A DNA stretch of 64,000 nt from Acidobacteriota bacterium. Lineage in GTDB: Bacteria; Acidobacteriota; Vicinamibacteria; Vicinamibacterales; 2-12-FULL-66-21. The stretch lies in assembly GCA_046735335.1 (NCBI GenBank), contig JBKPTE010000004.1:6406-70405 (forward strand), written 5' to 3'. Shown here piece after piece: positions 60,407 to 64,000 of this stretch. The position numbers were made by a program, and so were the translations under genes. Every line of letters starts with the position of its first letter. Position 1 is the first letter of the stretch. The notes beneath the pieces were generated by a model that was not told the DNA's origin, did no database searches, and saw only the letters and a program-made list of their open reading frames with translations.

Positions 60407-60634
60407 CGGTAGCGCCGACAGGCGCGGCGGGAAGATCGAGCGGATGTGCAGCTCACACCTTCGGAACTGCAATCAGTGATCCCGCCCGCCGGAGCGCCGG
60501 GAGCACGAGCGGCGGGACTGCCGGAATTCCGACGCGCGAACGCACCGTCCGCGTGATCGGCTGGGAAAGTGCGCGATTTCGGGTCCGCGCTTCGTGGCCG
60601 GTTGCTTGCTGTTGGGTTATGCGGCAGGTGCATC

Positions 60635-61819
60635 ATGCATGCGAGGGTCTTCGTCTGTGCAGCGCTCGCCGCGCTCGTGTCCGTCACGCTCATGAGCTGC
60701 AACGGGCGCTCGCCCACGGAACCCACGAACTGCTCCTACACGATTTCTCCCGCCACGCTCACGATCGACAGCGAGGGTGGAACCGGTACGGTCAACGTGA
60801 CCGCGCCCGCCGGCTGTTCCTGGACGGCCGCGGCGAGCGCGTCCTGGATCAGCATCACCGCCGGCGGGACGGGCAGCGGGCCGGGCACGGTCACGTATTC
60901 CGTCGGGCCGAACGCGGACCCATCGTCGCGGACTGCAACGGTCACCGTCGCCGGGCAAGGGCACGCGGTGACGCAGCACGGTCGATCGCCTGCGGTATGC
61001 ACGTACGACCTCTCGCCCGGAAGCGCAGAGTTCAACAAGGACGGCGGCTCGGGAAGCTTCACCGTCACCGCGCCCGCCGAGTGTGTATGGACGGCGCGCA
61101 GCGACGCGTCATGGATCGTGGTCGGCGGCGACGGCCAGGGCACCGGGACGAGCACGGTGTCCTATGGCGTATCGCGCCACGCCGACATTCCCGAACGGAC
61201 CGCCACCATTGCGGTTGGCGAGCGACGCTTCACGGTCCGGCAGTCCGGGGATGTGGGCTTGTGCCAGTATTCGGTCTCTCCGGTCTTCCTGAGCCCGTGC
61301 ATGGCAGGAACGACCGTCACCGCGTCAATCACGACGCCGGTGGCGACTTGCCCCTGGACCGCGACGGCTGGCGCGGCGTGGCTCAGCGTCGGCAGATCAT
61401 CCGGAGCGGGCTCGGCAACGCTCTCGATCAGCATGCCGGACAACTATGATGCGCCGCGCGAGGGGATCGTCATGATCCGATGGCCGACGGCGACGGCGGG
61501 GCAGAACATTCGGGTCGCGCAGGCGGGATGCCGATATGCCGTGAGCCGCACCGCCATCAGCCTCGCCGCGGGCGGCGGCACGGCGACGTTCGACGTCATT
61601 CAGCAAAGCGACCCGACGCAGTGCGGCGGAGCGACGCAGGACAGGTGCCTGTGGACGGCGCGATCGGACGTGCCGTGGATAACGATCACCAGCAGCATGC
61701 CCCGCGCTGGCGACCAGCCGGTCGCATTCAACGTCGCGGCGAACGACAGCACAGCGGCGCGAACGGGGAGGATCACCGTGCGCGACAAGGTCGTGACGGT
61801 CACCCAGTCGGGGAAGTGA
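60635..61819 (+). CDS. lipoprotein with four tandem BACON-like all-beta repeats
   Basis: The lipobox LMSC is followed by four ~95-aa repeats of the pattern C-x-Y-x-(I/L/V)-SP...C-x-WTA-x-S...W(I/L)...G-x-G...R-x-(A/G)-x-I-x-V...V-x-Q-x-G. Confidence 0.75.
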   Translation: MHARVFVCAALAALVSVTLMSCNGRSPTEPTNCSYTISPATLTIDSEGGTGTVNVTAPAGCSWTAAASASWISITAGGTGSGPGTVTYSVGPNADPSSRTATVTVAGQGHAVTQHGRSPAVCTYDLSPGSAEFNKDGGSGSFTVTAPAECVWTARSDASWIVVGGDGQGTGTSTVSYGVSRHADIPERTATIAVGERRFTVRQSGDVGLCQYSVSPVFLSPCMAGTTVTASITTPVATCPWTATAGAAWLSVGRSSGAGSATLSISMPDNYDAPREGIVMIRWPTATAGQNIRVAQAGCRYAVSRTAISLAAGGGTATFDVIQQSDPTQCGGATQDRCLWTARSDVPWITITSSMPRAGDQPVAFNVAANDSTAARTGRITVRDKVVTVTQSGK

Positions 61820-61853
61820 AGACGTACGGGACCCGTCGCGTTAGAGTAGCGGG

Positions 61854-62438
61854 ATGGACGCGGCGCTCCCAGACGACCTTCAACAGCTGCAGGACGGCTT
61901 GGACGCGGCGGAGCGCGACGCGCGCGCGCTCATGGACGGTTTGACGGAGCGGCTCGGAGCCTGGCGGGCGCATTCTGGAGCGTGGAGCGTCGCGGAGTGT
62001 CTCGACCACATCGCGACGGCAAATCGCGTCTACCTCGCGCCAATGGAACCGTCCGCGGTCCGGGCGCGCGCCAGCGGCAGTCGCAGGCGCGGCGTTGCGC
62101 GTCCGGGCCTCGTCGGCGGCTGGTTCGTGCGCTATCTCGAGCCGCCGGTGAAGCTGAAGGGCAAGGCCCCGCGGAAGATCAGGCCGCGATCCGCGCCCGC
62201 GCTCGACGACGCGTACACCAGCTTTCTGGCGATGCAGGACGAGGTGCGCGCGTTCATCCGGAACTACGCGGAGATCGATCTCGCACGCGTCGCCTTTCCA
62301 AATCCATTCATCCGCGGCGTTCGCTTCAGCCTCGCGACGGGCCTGCACGTCATTGCAGCGCACGAACGGCGGCATCTCTGGCAGGCGTGGAGAGTCCGTC
62401 GAGCGGCGGAGCAATCGGCTGGAACGCAGCCGCTCTGA
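61854..62438 (+). CDS. DinB-family (DinB_2) protein
   Basis: Four-helix pattern WSVAECLDHIATANRVY ... HVIAAHERRHLWQA with His-containing metal-site motifs. Confidence 0.8.
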   Translation: MDAALPDDLQQLQDGLDAAERDARALMDGLTERLGAWRAHSGAWSVAECLDHIATANRVYLAPMEPSAVRARASGSRRRGVARPGLVGGWFVRYLEPPVKLKGKAPRKIRPRSAPALDDAYTSFLAMQDEVRAFIRNYAEIDLARVAFPNPFIRGVRFSLATGLHVIAAHERRHLWQAWRVRRAAEQSAGTQPL

Positions 62439-62526
62439 CGAGCAGCCACGGTCCGAGCGGAACCTCGAACGCGAGGATGGGCATCCAGACCGCCTGAGCG
62501 GCGCGTTGACGGCGGGCGTCATCGTA

Positions 62527-62815
62527 CTACTCCGATCGAAGCGCCTGCAGCACGTCGACGCGCGAGGCGCGAGCCGCCGGCAGCAACGAGGCAACAGCCG
62601 CGGCGGCCATGAGGATCGCGGTCCGCGAGCAGGTTCCTGGGCGCAGATCCGACCGCCAGGAGAATCCCGAACTCACGCGTCCGGGCGCTCACGGAGAACG
62701 CGAGCACGCCCGCAACGCCAACGACGGCGATGAGCAGCGCGATCCCGGCCAACCCGGAGAACACGAAAGCGTTCAGTCGCTCCGGCGACAGCACCTCGTC
62801 GCGGATCGAAGAACC
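62527..62815 (-). pseudogene. C-terminal fragment of an FtsX/MacB-like (ADOP-type) ABC permease, frameshifted
   Basis: ERLNAFVFSGLAGIALLIAVVGVAGVLAFSVSARTREFGILLAVGSAPRNLL then shifts frame to ...RTAILMAAAAVASLLPAARASRVDVLQALRSE-stop (stop at 62527-62529). Everything upstream of the last transmembrane bundle is missing. Confidence 0.65.
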
Positions 62816-62824
62816 AACCGCCGA

Positions 62825-62981
62825 CCGTAGAACGTCTACGGCTTTGTTCCGAATGGGGGAACGCCGGGTCTGAGAGACCCGGCCTACAGCAGCTGTAGGG
62901 CGGGCCTCTCAGGCCCGCCACAGAGGCCGGGTCTAAGAGACCCGGCCTACGGAGAGACCCGGCCTACGGAGAGACCCGGCC
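62825..62981. repeat. cluster of GC-rich palindromic (REP-like) units plus a 17-bp tandem repeat
   Basis: Hairpins are CCGTAGA-acg-TCTACGG (62825-41), GCCGGGTCT-gag-AGACCCGGC (62863-83), CTACAGC-a-GCTGTAG (62884-98), GGCGGGCC-tctca-GGCCCGCC (62899-919) and GGCCGGGTCT-aag-AGACCCGGCC (62925-47). These are followed by tacggagagacccggcc x2 (62948-62981). Confidence 0.85.
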
Positions 62982-63002
62982 TGCACATACAATGAACAGT
63001 TC

Positions 63003-64000
63003 ATGGACACGCGTGACGCGCCGCTGGCGATCGATCCGGCGGCTTTCCGTACTGTCGGCCACCGGCTCGTCGACAGGCTGGCGGACTTTCTCGACTCCCT
63101 TCCCCGGCGTCCGGTCACCCGCAACGAATCGCCGTCGGAGGTGAGGGCGGCGCTCGGCCTCGGCGGCGGGTTGCCCGACGCCGGAACGGACCCCGCTGTG
63201 CTGCTGGAAGAGACGGCGTCGCTGCTGTTCGATCATTCGCTCTTCAACGGACATCCGCGATTTTTCGGATACATCACCTCGTCGCCGGCGCCGATTGGCA
63301 TCCTCGCCGAGTTCCTCGCCGCTGCCGTGAACCCGAACGTCGGCGCCTGGATGCTCTCGCCCGCAGCGACGGAAATCGAGTCACAGACGGTGCGCTGGAT
63401 CGCATCGTTCATCGGGTATCCCGAAGACTGCGGTGGTCTGCTCGTGAGCGGCGGCAACATGGCCAACATGGTCTGCTTCATGGCCGCGAGGGCCGCCAAA
63501 GCGGGCTGGAACGTGCGCGAGCAGGGGATGGGAGGCACGGGACGAGCGCTTCGCGTCTACGGATCCGCCGAAACGCACACCTGGATCCAGAAGGCGGCAG
63601 ACCTGAGCGGGCTCGGATCCGCGTCGATTCGCTGGATTCGAACGGCGGAAGATCTGCGCATGGACGTCGACGCGCTGCGGCGCGCGATCGAAGCGGACAT
63701 CGCGGCCGGCGAGACGCCCTGCATGGTCGTCGGTACCGCCGGGTCCGTCGGGACCGCCGCGATCGATCCCTTGCCGGCGATCGCGGCGATGTGCAAGGAG
63801 TACGGCCTATGGTTTCACGTCGACGGCGCGTACGGCGGGTTCGCCGCCGCCGTGCCGGACGCGCCGGACGACCTGCGCGCGCTGCGCGAAGCGGATTCGA
63901 TTGCGGTCGATCCGCACAAGTGGCTGTACGCGCCGCTCGAGGCAGGATGCGCGCTCGTGCGCGATCCCGACGCGCTCCGGAACGCGTTCGCCTATCACCC
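63003..64000 (+). CDS. pyridoxal-phosphate-dependent group II decarboxylase (aromatic-L-amino-acid/glutamate decarboxylase family), 3'-partial
   Basis: Open frame from ATG 63003 to the window end (not in the ORF track because it has no stop). It shows HPRFFGYITSSPAP, GGNMANM, HVDGAYGG and the PLP-lysine motif DPHKW. Confidence 0.85.
   Translation, partial: MDTRDAPLAIDPAAFRTVGHRLVDRLADFLDSLPRRPVTRNESPSEVRAALGLGGGLPDAGTDPAVLLEETASLLFDHSLFNGHPRFFGYITSSPAPIGILAEFLAAAVNPNVGAWMLSPAATEIESQTVRWIASFIGYPEDCGGLLVSGGNMANMVCFMAARAAKAGWNVREQGMGGTGRALRVYGSAETHTWIQKAADLSGLGSASIRWIRTAEDLRMDVDALRRAIEADIAAGETPCMVVGTAGSVGTAAIDPLPAIAAMCKEYGLWFHVDGAYGGFAAAVPDAPDDLRALREADSIAVDPHKWLYAPLEAGCALVRDPDALRNAFAYH

Noticed and set aside
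58490-60412. 640-aa ORF on the + strand
   Set aside because: The translation is extremely Arg-rich. The ORF runs out of frame through the amidohydrolase gene and antisense through the YoaK-like gene, both of which have clear family motifs.
62948-62981. CRISPR array
   Set aside because: There are only two to three copies of a 17-bp unit with no spacers between them. The context is palindromic REP-like DNA, and no cas genes are in the window.

Overview
This is a 64-kb, high-GC bacterial chromosomal window. The gene content (PEP-CTERM proteins, an ADOP-type FtsX permease remnant, a PD40 propeller remnant, DUF1080, DUF2911, a PVC-type haem-binding dehydrogenase) suggests a soil Acidobacteriota-like organism; this is inference only. 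Intact genes include a 2.8-kaa cyclic beta-1,2-glucan synthase, alpha-glucan phosphorylase, an ATP-dependent DNA ligase, several hydrolases, and a pyruvate:ferredoxin oxidoreductase block. Three observations stand out. (1) Five sigma-54-type -24/-12 promoter matches lie between 47.0 and 56.3 kb, each pointing into the adjacent gene. They connect a sensor-less sigma-54 activator, a GNAT/ADP-forming acyl-CoA synthetase fusion, an outer-membrane-barrel plus DHOD-like operon, an orphan ABC ATPase, and a GltD-like/PFOR operon into one putative regulon. (2) Gene wreckage is unusually dense. It includes a tRNA-Ser 5' half, an internal pnkp fragment, a frameshifted PAS kinase with His-to-Pro at the H-box, a multiply frameshifted Gly-Gly-tailed small protein paired with a DUF4132-like gene, a transposase tail, and several truncated or chimeric ORFs, while the long housekeeping ORFs remain intact. 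(3) A cluster of nested palindromes and 17-bp tandem repeats lies immediately upstream of the last gene. No CRISPR array, rRNA or intact tRNA was seen. All calls rest on reading the translations and the DNA by eye; no database search was run.
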